Source: Paraspadella gotoi (lineage: Eukaryota; Animalia; Chaetognatha). Taken from it: a stretch of DNA of 64,000 nucleotides. How positions within the stretch are numbered: the first letter of the stretch is position 1; the number at the start of each line of letters is the position of its first letter. This document shows, piece after piece, positions 12,525-24,544 of this stretch. Location of the stretch: NCBI GenBank assembly GCA_051294375.1, contig CM119271.1:10972338-11036337 (forward strand). Direction: 5' to 3'. The position numbers and the translations under genes are program-made. Under the pieces are notes generated by a model that saw only the letters and a list, made by a program, of their open reading frames with translations, did no database searches and was not told where the DNA came from.

Positions 12525-15443
12525 TTCTTTCTTTCTTCTTTCATTTCTTCTTTCTTAATCTTCTTTCTTTTTTCTTTTCTTTTCTCACATTTCACAAATT
12601 TAGAAAATTTTCGGAAGAAGTCACATCTCCTACAACGTTGCTGTTTCCACCTTCTTGCGGCATGATCTCTACTTCTGTGAAATTGTTGCCTGAAATTTAC
12701 TTTCTATATTTTTTCGACTCACAAGATTGTCGCCTTTTCCTCTCAGAAAACAACCGCCACTAAACAAAGGAACTGTTCGACTTTACAGATAAATATCATG
12801 ATGCCTCCAATAGACATATTCACGCTTATGAAGTATATGATTATAAGCTTTTACCTAATTTTACGGTGGATGCGCTGATATTTACTTCATAGTGACACTT
12901 TAATGAATCATTGGCATTAACATTTGGCGAAAAACCTTCGTTTATGTTTTGTTTTATCATTTTAATTTCATCTTTTTTTTGTACAACATTCTCCTTTTTT
13001 TTTTTCTTCTAGATATTTATCTCCTTTTTTCAAAATTCTCTCCTTCCTATATTTTATTTATATCTTTTCCCTCACGTGTTCCTCATTTTCTTCATTTCTC
13101 TTGGTCTACCATTTCCCTCAAAGAGTATTAAAGAGTTCTCTCTCTCTCTCTCTTCTCTCTTCTCTCTCTCTCTCTCCTTCTCTCTGTCTCTCTCTCTCTC
13201 ATCCTCTTCTTTTCTTCTCTTCGTCTCTCCTCTCTCTGTTCCTCTCTCTCATACCTCTCATTGCGCTCGCTATACATGACCGAATAATAGGAGAAAAACA
13301 GAAAGAACGAGTACTGGAAATTATGAATGCTACAGGAAACATTGCAAGACTTTTTTCTTCGAAAAATGTCCTGATAAGTCTTCATTGAAATCAAAACAAT
13401 CCTCTCGGTTTATTTAATATTTTTGTTTTCTAAAAAGAAAACATCATTCAAATTTTTCATAAATTCATTCTGCTTCTCTACAAAAAAACAAATCAGACTA
13501 ACCAATAAACTCATAACTCTACTCTCTCTCCTCTCCTCTACTCTCTCAATCCTCTCAAACTCTCCCTCCTCTCCTCTTCATCTCTCCTATCAACTCTCTC
13601 GTGCTTTCTTTCTCCCCGTAATTCTTCCTATTTTGATACCTACCGTGGGTAAGTTTTTTTATTCGGTTCATTTTCAACAGTGTCGTTGATACTCACATTA
13701 TATTTCTGTCACCATGTGCTGAATTTATAAGCTTAACACTTTTTTGAATTACCATTTTTTTCGAACCTGCCTCCTCACTTTTCAAACTCGTCTCACTTTT
13801 CCTTCTTCCTTCTTCTTTCAATTTTTCCTCTTTCTCTGCGGTTTTCTTATCTTTGTCAAGCCAAAAGATTCCTTGAACCGCAAAGCCCTTTTGCTTCTTA
13901 AAAGAATCCCTCCTTTTTATTCTCCCATCTTTGATTCATACAACCGATCTCATCCTCTCGTTACTCTTTGGCCTCTGTCTCTTCTTTTCACTCTTAACTA
14001 CAATACTACATCTCAATATTACAAATACATAAGTCTCTCATCTCTCTCTGTCTCCTCGTCTCTCTCTTCTTTCTCTCATTCTCTCTCTTCTCTCTCGTGC
14101 ATACTGTTGATCTGGCTCCGCTTTTTTAATTTTCGCTAATAGAAGAATGCTTTTGGTTTAACATAGGGAATACAGCGGCAATTTTTTTCTATTTCTCTTT
14201 CATTTCCTTCAGCCCTTTCTTCTCATACTCTCTTTCATCTACTCTTCTCTCTCATCGCTTTCTTTCTAACTCCATCTTTCTTCCCTCATCTATTTCTCTC
14301 TCTCTCTCTCTCTCCTCTCTCTACATCTCTCTACTCATCTTCATCAATCTTACTTCTCTTACTCTCCTCTCTCCTCTCTCTCTCTCATCTCTGATTTATG
14401 TTAGCATTATTTCTGTTTTTTATTTCGATTCCTTTTCTCTACTTTCTTTCTCTATTTCAATTTTTCTCTAAAAACTTGCCATTAAAAAAGTTTTCACAGT
14501 ACATAAACTATCTACTCGCAACCCCTAGAGCCTAACTCTCAGTCTCCCTCCTACTTTATCTTCTATTCTTCCCTCCCGACTTCTTCTTTCGTTGCTCCGC
14601 GAATCTCTTGCCCTGTTTTTCTCTTTTTCTCTCTCTTCTTTTCTTTTCCTTTCCTGTTTTTTCTTTTTTTGTCTCTTCTTTTTTTCCTCTCCCCATCTCC
14701 TCTTCTCCTCTTCTCTCTGTCGCTTCCTCTTCCTCGTCCCCGTCAATCTCTTCTGCTCCTTCTCTCTCTCTCTTTGCTTCTTACTATTCAGTTTATCTTT
14801 CAAAACGTAAAACTATTGGCTAGTTTTCTCTCTTTGCGATTATTTTTCATTCTCACTCGCTATGTATTTTCTATTACTTTTATTGTTTTTTACTCTTTTT
14901 CTCTTCTCCTTCATTTTTTCTTTTTCTTTTCTGGAATTGATGAATAGTTAACGAAAAATTTTTTTTTCAATAATTAATTATCCCTGCTGAAATATCTTCT
15001 GACTGATTTTTCGAAAATTTATATTTTTTTAATGTTTCTAGTTAGGATAAGTATATTTCTAAATGTATGAACAATTAACGCAAGAATACGATGTTTTGTA
15101 TTTTAGCGTCTACTAACTCCTCGTTTAACCGATTGGAGAGAGAGAGAATAATAAGATGAAGGGACATCAAAAGAGACTGCTTTAAAACAAGCTGATAATG
15201 GACGCGAAAGAGGAGAGATGATGATAGAATTTGATTTTAGTGTCATGGAGAGTTTTTAAGAAAATTAGAGTGAAGAGGAAAAGTGAGAGACGATGAGAAG
15301 AGAGAGCACGGCAGACTGTCTGCGACGAATACTTTCACTGAACGACTTCACCGAAAAAATAAAATTTCTTCTTTCTTTTCATCTTACATTTCTCTTTTAT
15401 AATATTCTCGACCCTAAATAATGAAACTCTGTTGTCATGGGCA

Positions 15444-15643
15444 GGACTGTTATTCCTCGAGGCTGCACTCTTCGCAGGGCGTCAAAAAAGAAGGCCAAAA
15501 AGATGGTCAATCCAGAGGTCAACGGGTCTCCTAATATATCCCCGACGCAGAGGTCAGACCGCCCCAAGAGGTCCAACCTAACCCGTCCAAATTCAATGAG
15601 GGCTGAAGACGAGGTCGCCCAGATCTTATGCGAGAGACGTTAG
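15444..15643 (+). CDS. Candidate terminal exon of an unidentified convergent gene
   Basis: High-complexity, GC-balanced island after GGGCAG; open frame TVIPRGCTLRRASKKKAKKMVNPEVNGSPNISPTQRSDRPKRSNLTRPNSMRAEDEVAQILCERR-stop. No family recognised. Confidence 0.25.
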
Positions 15644-15968
15644 ATTTTCATTTCCGAGAAAAGAAAAAAAGTACACAAGAATTAATAACAGGCTTGCTCT
15701 TTTCCAGAGAGAGTGTGCCCACATTCTTGTTCGTTTTTGAAACCCCGATAATTAGATTGCGCGGTTTGCGCAACGTTGAATTATCAAAAAGACTAAATTT
15801 TTTCATTATTTCGTTAAAACTTATATATTTATCTCGTTCAAAATTCTAAATATTTTCAAAGCAATTTAAGCGTATTTCAAGTATTCATACGCGCCGAGGT
15901 CATTCATCTTCTATCCCCTTTTCCTCTCTTGAAACAGAATCGAATTCATCTATTGTTTCAAGCTTCTG

Positions 15969-16070
15969 TTAAAATGGGATAAACCTTAATGGATTCTTTC
16001 TCCGATGCGGGCAGACGAAAGGGACTCCATCTCCAAAAAAGATAGTCGAATAGTTTCTTCTTTTTTTCTC
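15969..16070 (-). CDS. PLB1: PLB1-like terminal exon
   Basis: Acceptor ATGCAG|GA; [21 protein letters not shown]...NP resembles the 'GxK...CP...P' end of a PLB1 repeat. The true stop is uncertain because of indels. Confidence 0.5.
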   Translation of the reverse strand, partial: EKKRRNYSTIFFGDGVPFVCPHRRKNPLRFIPF

Positions 16071-19000
16071 CTGCATAATGGTTGAAAGCGGAGAGGGTGT
16101 TGTTGGGGTCGCGCATGAGAATGGGGAGGAGTGGGGTGGGAGGGAGAAGTTAAAATAAGGACAACGATACGAGATATTATATTTTCCCCATATGACAACA
16201 ATGGAAATATAATATAAAAAAGGGAAAATAGAAACAGAAAACAGGAATCGAAATGAGAAAAAATAGCTTGCTGTATGATTAGTAAATTGATAGTAGGTCA
16301 TTGGCTCTCCAAATAATTGGATAAATATATATTCTTAAAATTGACTCGCCTCTTCTGACTCCTCTTTATCTTCTCTCTCTCTCTCTCCTCTTCTTCTTTC
16401 TCTGTACTCCTCTCTCTCTCTCTCTCTGTTCTTCTTTTCCTCTCTTACTAGTGTGTACTCTCTACATCTCATACGTCAATCTCTTCTCAATCTAATCTTC
16501 GATCTCTCTCTCTCTTCTACTCCTCCTCTCCTTCAACTCTTTTCTCTCTCCCATCACCTCCCTCCCCCTCTCTACCCCCTCTCCCTCCTAAACATGTGAT
16601 AAGAGATTGTTTCCACAGGTCGGCGACGTTCCGTGCAAACGCCGACGTGGTTCGTTGACCCCTTCTCATCTGAGTAGTCAAAACTTGATAACTCGATTAA
16701 ATTTTTTTATACACGCAAAGCGAAAAGATAAGGACGCATCAACATGTCAGACGTTGACATTCCATTGGCGAAAACGGCTGGAATCTCTCGTGTCGCGGTG
16801 AGAGACTCTGGACGATGATCCAAGGCGCGATCGGGACGGAGAATCGAGGCGTGCGTCGCCTGAGCTTGCGGATGATGCTGTTGTAAATCACGGAATAGGC
16901 AGCTGAAAAGCGTCGCGGTTGTGAAAGGGAGAGGCGCGTTGGAGTCGTAGTAGGTAATACGTTTGAATTAGAAAGGACCAAAGATTGGCAATGAATTCAA
17001 AGTGACTCCAAATATTGGCAATGGCATTCTTAGTGACAAAAGTGGTCAAGTGGCATTTAAAGTGAACCGAAATCGTAGCGACATATTTCAAATGTGACCA
17101 AAATGGCAATGGCATTTCAAGTGACAAAATGTAGCGAACATTGAAGTGACCAAAATGGCGCAATGACATTTCAAGCTGACCAAAAATCGTAGCGACATTT
17201 CAAGTGACCGAAAATAGGCAATGACATTTCAAGTGACCAAAATCGTAGCGACATTTCAAGTGGACAAAAATGGCAATGGCATTCAAAGTGACCAAAGTTT
17301 TAGTTAATTAATAATTGAAGTGACAATTTAAAATATACAGTGACGTTTGAAGAGACCGAAACAACACAAAACAAAACAAGTTTGAGCAAACAATGTCGCG
17401 ATCTGCCTCACGATCGTTATCGGCGGTAATTAATTAATAATAATACTTAATTCATAAGTTAACAATTAATTAATTCAACGCTGATTAATTTAATTAATAG
17501 GCAATTAAATAAATTAATTTGATCCAAAAAATGTTTTTTTTTTGGATTGATTAATTGGCTGATAAATTAAATATTGATTAATTAATTAACTAATTGATTA
17601 ATTAATTATTTGATTAATTAATACATCTTTCATTTACATTTAAAATAAAAATAAAAAGTAGCAGGTTTTAGTGAAACAGGTTTTTTGTTTTTTTTTTTCA
17701 TTTAAACTCATTTCAACTCAGACGATTCCATCGAAACTTGATTTCCAACATAATCACACACTTTCCTGCCCACATACAAAATTTCAAGTTAATCGTCCCA
17801 TACAATCATAGGTAATTGGCTTTCAAATAGTGAAATATAGTTTTTTGTTTTTTCCATTTAAACTCTTTTCCACTCGCACGATTCCATCGAAACTTCATAT
17901 CAAGCTCAATCACACACTTCCCTACCCACACACAAAATTTCATTCCAATCAATCATCCAATCATGAGTAATTGGTGTTTTTTTTTACTAAGGAGGGACGG
18001 ACGGACATGATATATGATATATGATATATGTGGTTGCCCAACAATATTGAGGGGGCAGATCCGACTAGAAATAAAACAAATGCGATGAAACCTTTGGCCT
18101 CCTCATCGTATTCCGGGTGGTGCGCCAAGGGACATAAGAATCTGTGCGCAGAAGAGCAAGCCTTTCCGACGTTGAGGAATTTGACTTGAGTCGAGTCAAA
18201 GATATCACAGACATTGACAACGAGACGCGGGATCGAAGAGAGAATCTTCATCGTGGCCTCCATGTGCTGGCGAAAGTTGAAGGCGGAGAAGCGAAAGCTG
18301 AAAGAAGTTGGGAGAGAAGGGGAATGGAAAAAAAAATGGACAGCGTCTTTTTTTCTTTTTTTTTTTTTTAAACCATTTTCATATTTTAGTATTTGCTTCG
18401 CTCAAATTAATCTTTTAGCCCTAAATTTGACATTTTTTTTAAATAAAATTTGATTGATTAATTTTTGTCCTCCAATTTTTTTTTGCTTTAGCAAATACTA
18501 ATCTACTAATGTGTTTTCTTGTTTTTTTATTCTTGATTAAAATTGGTACAACCAATATAAAATTATCCTTTCATTTAATAAATAAGCTATCTTATCCCAG
18601 ACTTTGGACAGGCTTTGGTGGTTCAAAACTTCCATCACGAGATAATGACAACCTTTCAATTTCCTTTGAAGTTTGAACAACCGCCATTACTTCATTTTTG
18701 TTCATTGCGCGTAGGATAAATGCTTTTTTGAATAAAAAAAAAAATTATTACCCCTTGGGGCCAAAATAAAGACAAATGTCGTTTCCGCCGATGAAGATCG
18801 TAACGAGTTTCCAGTCTTTCTCAAAATCCACGTCGGGCGAATCCTTCAGGAGTCGAATCAAACGTTTAGCCTGATTGGGCAGGTCGCTCGCGGTGACGCC
18901 TGGAACGGCGACGTCGTTGTGCGCGTCTGAGAAGAGAGAGGATAAGACGCTGAGTTGGCCTAAGACGACTGTCCGTAACTTCATCGCCACATCTGGCAAC

Positions 19001-19373
19001 GATTGAACGAGACAAGGTTTTGGGGTTTTTTTCCCACCGACACCTTCGTTCGGAGGAACGGATCTTCCAGTAAAGAGCTGCTTTCCGAGAGAGAAGCCTT
19101 TGATTTCCGGGTTGTAGAGCTTGAGAATGTTGGGTAAGGTCAAGACCGAGGTGAGGTCCTTCTCTCCGCCGATGCTCCACGACCAACCGCGATACATCAT
19201 GGCGACGCCTGGGATGTTCTTTGCGAAGATTCCGCAACCTGGTTTACAATTAAAAACATGTACATATGGACAAATTATATAAAAAAATATCTTTCTTTCA
19301 TGTTCATTTTGTTCACTGATGGTTGAAAGCAATCATTCTATTTTTGTTCTCTCTCTCTCTCTCTCTCTCTTCT

Positions 19374-19415
<42 letters not shown>

Positions 19416-21124
19416 GACAATGTCAGTACGTCTACCTGACGTGTGGAATCCCCCAAAGCTCCAACAACTTTGATGTCTCCAGGTCTCAATTTGTGGACGG
19501 AAGATGGCGTCGTTTTTGAAGGCGGGATGGGGTCGCAATTGAAGGGCGGCGTCGGGAGAGGCGGAGCTGGGGATTTGGAAATCGGGAATTTGGGGATGGT
19601 AGCAATGGATAGAGATTAGCTTATCAGTGATAAGGGATCAAGGATGGAATCGTCATTTTGGGATAATATGGTGACAGTCAACATCAGTCGCATTAAAAGA
19701 AAATTACAACAGAATTTAAAGTCAATATTTAACAAAAATTGGGAATTTATGATCGGGGATAGTGATTAGAGATTGGGAATCAATGACTGAATATCGGTTA
19801 AAGTTAATCTCACCGATTAAACGGAAAAATGACTTTAAATATCACTTTAAATGTCATTGGCGGGCCAAAATCCACAGGCCTTTTTTTTTAAAGGGATTCT
19901 AAATAAATGTATTTTTAATTTTTTTAACTATCAATGGTCACTTCATTTTAAGGTTTTGCAAATAATTATTTAACTGATCTTTTGAACAATCATTCTCTCC
20001 CTATAGTATTGAAAGTTCATCTTTGGAATAAACTGAGTTCTGTAAAACAAGGCGTTGAAAAAACTTGAATGGAATGTTCCTTACCTCAGTATTTTCGTAA
20101 CTTACCTTCGACCTCCTTCACATCCTCTTCCTTCACATTTCTCAATAAATCCCAGAAAGTGAAACTCGATTCTTGAGTGAGGCGATCTTTCGAAGTGAGT
20201 GAGCGTAAAGGGTAAAATAATGGGGGAACATGACATAAATATATACATAAATACATATGTATAAATATATAGTTTGTATTACTTAGTAAATAATAAATAA
20301 ACAAGGAACGGTTATTCCAAGGTGTTGCGCCGCATTACTTTTCTCTTCACTTATCTTTTCTTTAAAAACCAAAGGCGGCGCCAGTAGTCACTTCGATTTG
20401 ATTTTTAACAAATGAGCAACAAACTATAGGCAAGTTATAAGCGTTTTTAACGTAAGTGGGACAGACTGACCGACAAACATACCGATAGACCGACCAACCG
20501 TCCGACCGACCAAAAAGTGACTTATAGAGTTGCTCCACGAGTACTCGCGGCGCAACTAAAAAGTAATAAATAAATATTAAGTAAATAATACTTAGTAAAA
20601 GCGCTGATAGCGACTCGAGAAGGTATCAATGTCCATATTATTAATCTCATTAGAATTCCTTCGGCCCCAGCCGCAATATTTCCCCAAAATCTGCGATTTC
20701 TTGAAAAGATACTATTATTTGTTTTCTTTAAATTTGTAACATTAGGGGGACATATTAAAACGACAGGACTTAGTATGGCAGGAAATTAGCAAGGAGAAAA
20801 AGGTATCATTGTCATAAGTTTGTCTTTAAAAGACGCAAAGTATCATTATAACTAAAAAAGTAATAATAGAAATAGGTAAACTACTCTATATTAGTATATA
20901 GTATATCTTCAGCTAGACCGCAGAGATAACAAGACTGTAATGATTAAACTAAATACAAACTACGAAATGACCCAAAGACATAATCATTTAATGACTCAAA
21001 TTCTTTTAATCTTTTCCTGTTGATATCAGAACGACTTGGTACCTTGACTATTCATGAATTCGCCGTCCACTGCGAAGGAGAAAACTAAAAAGAGGCGGAT
21101 TAGTACTTTCGAAGTTAACTTCAT
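15969..21124 (-). CDS. PLB1: Secreted phospholipase B1-like GDSL/SGNH lipase, whole gene span (9 inferred coding exons)
   Basis: Hand-spliced GT-AG exons give a signal peptide, then [21 protein letters not shown] (block I), [26 protein letters not shown] (block II), [19 protein letters not shown] (block III), IPRLVVNV, a degraded LWNNL-like segment and a VPFVCP tail. These occur in the order of one PLB1 repeat. The symbol denotes the family, not proven orthology. Confidence 0.9.
16594..16669 (-). CDS. PLB1: PLB1-like exon 8 (degraded)
   Basis: Acceptor CTACTCAG|AT; starts GAG AAG GG (E-K-G); CTGTGGAAACAATCTC reads LWNNL after removing one A, matching the PLB1 'ALWNNM' motif. Boundaries approximate. 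Confidence 0.55.
16715..16902 (-). CDS. PLB1: PLB1-like exon 7 (3' half garbled)
   Basis: Acceptor CTTTTCAG|CT, phase 1; [14 protein letters not shown]...PRFS...IIVQ fits the PLB1 'Y...L...R(Y/F)...VVQP' region. The frame then breaks down and the DxxH motif is not readable; 3' boundary approximate. Confidence 0.6.
16976..17325 (+). repeat. Minisatellite, ~54-bp dimer of two ~27-bp subunits
   Basis: Alternating AAAATGGCAATGGCATTTCAAGTGACC and AAAATCGTAGCGACATTTCAAGTGACC. Confidence 0.88.
17374..18070 (-). mobile_element. HINE/DINE-1-like element, family B (in lipase intron 6)
   Basis: Hairpin GTTTG-AG-CAAAC next to GTCG(C)GATCTGCC; inverse GGCAGATCCGAC at the far end; GACG repeats; two internal ~160-bp tandem units. 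Confidence 0.75.
18092..18297 (-). CDS. PLB1: PLB1-like exon 6
   Basis: Acceptor TTCTTTCAG|C, phase 2, in frame; encodes [69 protein letters not shown]; donor AAAG|GTTTC, phase 1. Confidence 0.85.
18540..18650 (+). repeat. Family C partial copy (lipase intron 5)
   Basis: AAATTGGTACAACCAATATAAAATTATC...AATAAGCTATCTT...GGACAGGCTTTG. Confidence 0.75.
18752..18926 (-). CDS. PLB1: PLB1-like exon 5 (SGNH blocks II and III)
   Basis: Acceptor CTCTCTTCTCAG|AC; encodes [58 protein letters not shown]; donor GG|GTAAT, phase 2. Confidence 0.9.
19044..19238 (-). CDS. PLB1: PLB1-like exon 4
   Basis: Acceptor AACCAG|GT; encodes [65 protein letters not shown]. The donor is uncertain (GTGTCG at 19043 or GTGGGA 6 nt further). 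Confidence 0.85.
19436..19566 (-). CDS. PLB1: PLB1-like exon 3 containing the catalytic GDS motif
   Basis: Acceptor CCCCAG|CT; encodes [42 protein letters not shown]; donor CAG|GTAGA. The exon is 131 nt, one base short of keeping frame with exon 4. Confidence 0.88.
20106..20186 (-). CDS. PLB1: PLB1-like exon 2
   Basis: Acceptor AAAG|AT and consensus donor GAAG|GTAAGT; 81 nt, phase 1-1; encodes [27 protein letters not shown]. Confidence 0.7.
20299..20562 (-). mobile_element. HINE/DINE-1-like non-autonomous Helentron derivative, family A (in lipase intron 1)
   Basis: On the minus strand: T-run + AGTTGCGCCGC, partial IR GCAACT, GGTC/GTCY microsatellite, subterminal IR GCGGCGCAAC, short GGAA..TTCC hairpin, then TTGTTT end. 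Confidence 0.75.
21043..21124 (-). CDS. PLB1: PLB1-like exon 1 (start codon and signal peptide)
   Basis: ATG at 21124 gives [27 protein letters not shown] (basic N-terminus, hydrophobic core); donor CAAG|GTACC, phase 1, matching the next exon. Confidence 0.7.
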
Positions 21125-21811
21125 CCTCTTTGTGGTAGAGTAGAATAAAAAAAAGAATAATTGAAATTGATTTAAGATTATTTTTTTAAGTAAAGAATTA
21201 AACTAAGGGACGATGGAACTGGACTGTTTTTTATTTCGGTTACGACCAAATTTTAATTTTAATGGGAACAGTAAAGAGACATAGAAATAATTGGTAAGCG
21301 ACTTGTAATGANNNNNNNNNNNNNNNNNNNNNNNNNNNNNNNNNNNNNNNNNNGCGTATATTGAGCATGCGGTGGGATGTCGAGGAGATCTAAATCTACA
21401 GTAAACCGTAGTGGCACAATTTGAATGTGAAACATACTGACCTTAGGCAGCACTAATTCGATGGGAAAGTATTAATAATAAGCTGCGTTATCAAAGTGCC
21501 TACAAAGAGACCGCAGACGAGAACGGAAGAGCGACGACCACGACGAGAGAGTGATGAGACGAGAGACGAGCACGCAGCACGAGACAGAGCGCAGAATCGC
21601 AGCACGATCACGCAGAAGAGTCAGAGAGAGAGCAGAGCAGAGAGAGACGAAGATGGACACTTTGCACACTTGCAATTATTCTCATAAACGGCCAAACGGT
21701 GACCCATGAGTCCTGTAGGCTCGCCGTAACGGGACTCCCTCGCGCACAACAGCATATAACAAAACGAATCCATACTGATTGCCGTATTAGTCTATCGCTG
21801 TTAAAATAATT

Positions 21812-22520
21812 TATTTGGGTGCACCACTTCTGCCCACCAATTTTTGAACCACTACAGCGATTCGTTGATTCAAATCTATCTCATAATTGCTAGATATAAT
21901 ATTCCAGAATTTGTTTTTTTTTTGAATTTTGAATTTTCTTTAACTTGATTTCTGATAGAGCTCAAAAAGTTAATTACAACTTTTTAAAACTTTTGATGTT
22001 TTAATTGCTTGAAAATTCAGCAAATTCTGGCTAAAATTATTCGTGTGCCATGATTACGCTGAGGCCATGCTTTTTTTTAGGTTTTTATTTTTCCAATTAC
22101 AGCACTGATCCCGAAAGCTCAGGCACTGCCTTATATTGAACCTGTTACTCTGTCATTCAAACACTTATCAATAATTCACTAGTGTTCTCTTCAATCCCTA
22201 ACCTTAACGCGATGTGTCTTAGTGTGGAGACACCGAGTAAGAGGTGCCTAGGCAAACTGTTAATGTGTGTTGTGCCAAATGGCAGTGGTCAGACTGTAGA
22301 ATACAAGATTGAATTGAATATATCTACGACTGTTGTTATAATCTGAACTTTAATTATTTGAAATTAAACTTAAAATTTAGTGAAGCATTGTTGAACATTA
22401 AATAGATGTACATTGCATATATTAAGAGTAAAACTAAATTAATAGCAGTATGTGCATAAGATTGACATTTAACTATCTAAAATTAAACTAACATGTTACA
22501 TAATATGGTGCGACCCAATA
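21812..22520. mobile_element. Putative Tc1/mariner-like MITE
   Basis: TATTTGGGTGCACCA at 21812 and TGGTGCGACCCAATA ending at 22520 are near-perfect inverted repeats bounded by TA; AT-rich non-coding interior. Confidence 0.5.
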
Positions 22521-23193
22521 AATTAAAGGTTGGAGAGGTAGTGGGGAGAGATGTGAGGAGAGCTGAAGGATTAGATAAATGAACTAACATGAATGAAATT
22601 ACTATTTAAGTATTAAAATTAAACTAAATTAATAAATGAATAAATGGAGGTAAGGATAATGTAATATAAATTAGAGACTAAATTGAATAAATGAAGTAAG
22701 ATTGGATGAATATTGATCCTCTCCTCTTGTGGTTTCGGCTCCGGCGTCAAGATTTCGGCGCCGGGTCTCGGAGGGCGCGATTCCATATTCGCGTGAGTGG
22801 AAACGGCGCCATGTGTAAGTCGGTCGGTCTTTCCGTTTCTCCACTTCCTCAATGTATGTATGTTTGTATGAATGAATGTTTCTCAATGTATGTTTCTCAA
22901 TGTATGTTTCTCAATGTATGTTTCTCTGATATTTCGTCAATCTGATGTTTTGCTTATTGTCCTTTTTATTGTCCTTTTTGTCTCTTTTGTCTCTCTCTCC
23001 TTTAATAACCAATACCCCCTACAAAATAAAAAATAAATAAATAAAAAAAAAAACAAATAAATAATATTTTTTTTATTGAGTCTATTTTTTTGTTTTTCGT
23101 CTTTGAATCTGAAAACTATTCATCTCGTCATTAAAACGAAATTCATCTCTCTCTCTCTCTATCTCCCCTCTATTCTTCTAGGCTCCCTCTTTT

Positions 23194-23239
<46 letters not shown>

Positions 23240-24056
23240 TCGTCTGGCATATTCCCCCCCAAAAAAATCCCTCTCTATTTTTGTGGTGTGAGCGGAGGGC
23301 CCCGCCTGCTCGCCTGCTCGCCTGTTCGCCAGCTATTTAGTTTCGCCTGTCATTTTTTTCCTTCTTTCTTCTCAACCAGAGAAAAGGGAATTTTTAAAAA
23401 TTCATTTTTTTAGGAAAAAAAAAGTTTTCTCTCTTTCAAAGTCATTTTTTTAAAATCTAATCTTTTATATATTTTATATATTTTAGACGTTTAGTCGTTT
23501 TTAAAGTAGGTTGTTGTTGTTATTGTTGTTGTTGGTGTAGTTTATTTTATTTTGTCGTCGTTGTCTTCCTTGTTATTGTTATCAATGTTGATGTTTTTGT
23601 TATTATGGATCTTCTTATTTGTTCTTACTTCTTTTTTTTCTTATTTCTTATTTCTTATTTCCTCTTATCTTCTTAATTTCTTGTCGTCGTCGTCGTCGTT
23701 GTTATTGTTGTTGTCGTTGTTATTATCATTGTTGTTTTTGTCGTCTCTCATTTTATTTTCGTAGTTTTTGATGTTATGACTTCGTTGTTGTCTTTGCGTC
23801 GTCGTCGTCGTCGTCGTCATCACCGTTGACGTTGTTGTAAGCCTTTGTTGACGTCGATCTCTTTGAATTTGCTGTTGTCTTAATTGTTGTTTATGTTTTT
23901 GTTGTTGTTGTTGTTGTTGTAGTCGTAATTACTTTTTTTTTCGCTCCAAGTTTTTCCCTTTTGTTTCGAGTGACTTCGAGTTTTTCTCTCTTTGGCTCCG
24001 GGCGGAAAAAAAAAAATTGCAATCAGGAGTCTCTTTCATCGCAGCCAGTATTTTGA

Positions 24057-24398
24057 GTCGACGACGACGATGAGGAAGACGACGACGACGATGTCGAAGA
24101 CGATGAAGACGACGACGATGACGACGACGACGAAGAGCATGAAGAAGACGACGATGACGACGACGATGACAATGAAGATGATGATAAAGACTATGACGAC
24201 AACAAAGACGATGAAGATGACGACGATAACGGCAAAGAAGACGAGGACGACGACGATGAAGACGACATCGATGAAAACGACCCTGAAAAAGATGTGGCGA
24301 CGACGATGACGATGACGACGATGACAGCGACGACGACGACGATGATAAGGACGATGAATACGACGACGACGAGAACGACGACAGCGACGACGACGACG
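24057..24398 (+). repeat. (GAC/GAT)n trinucleotide tract
   Basis: Read directly; source of the poly-T/M/D ORFs in the track. Confidence 0.9.
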
Positions 24399-24482
24399 CT
24401 TGCGGCCGGGAATCTGGACGACCAACGCGTAATGAGCATCGAGACCCGAGGGCAAAAATGGCGGCGCGGGGGCGAGATTGAG

Positions 24483-24544
<62 letters not shown>

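Noticed and set aside
16976-17325. CRISPR-like periodicity (CATTTCAAGTGACCAAAA with short spacers)
   Set aside because: Spacers alternate between two fixed sequences, there are no cas genes, and the context is a eukaryotic intron; it is a minisatellite.
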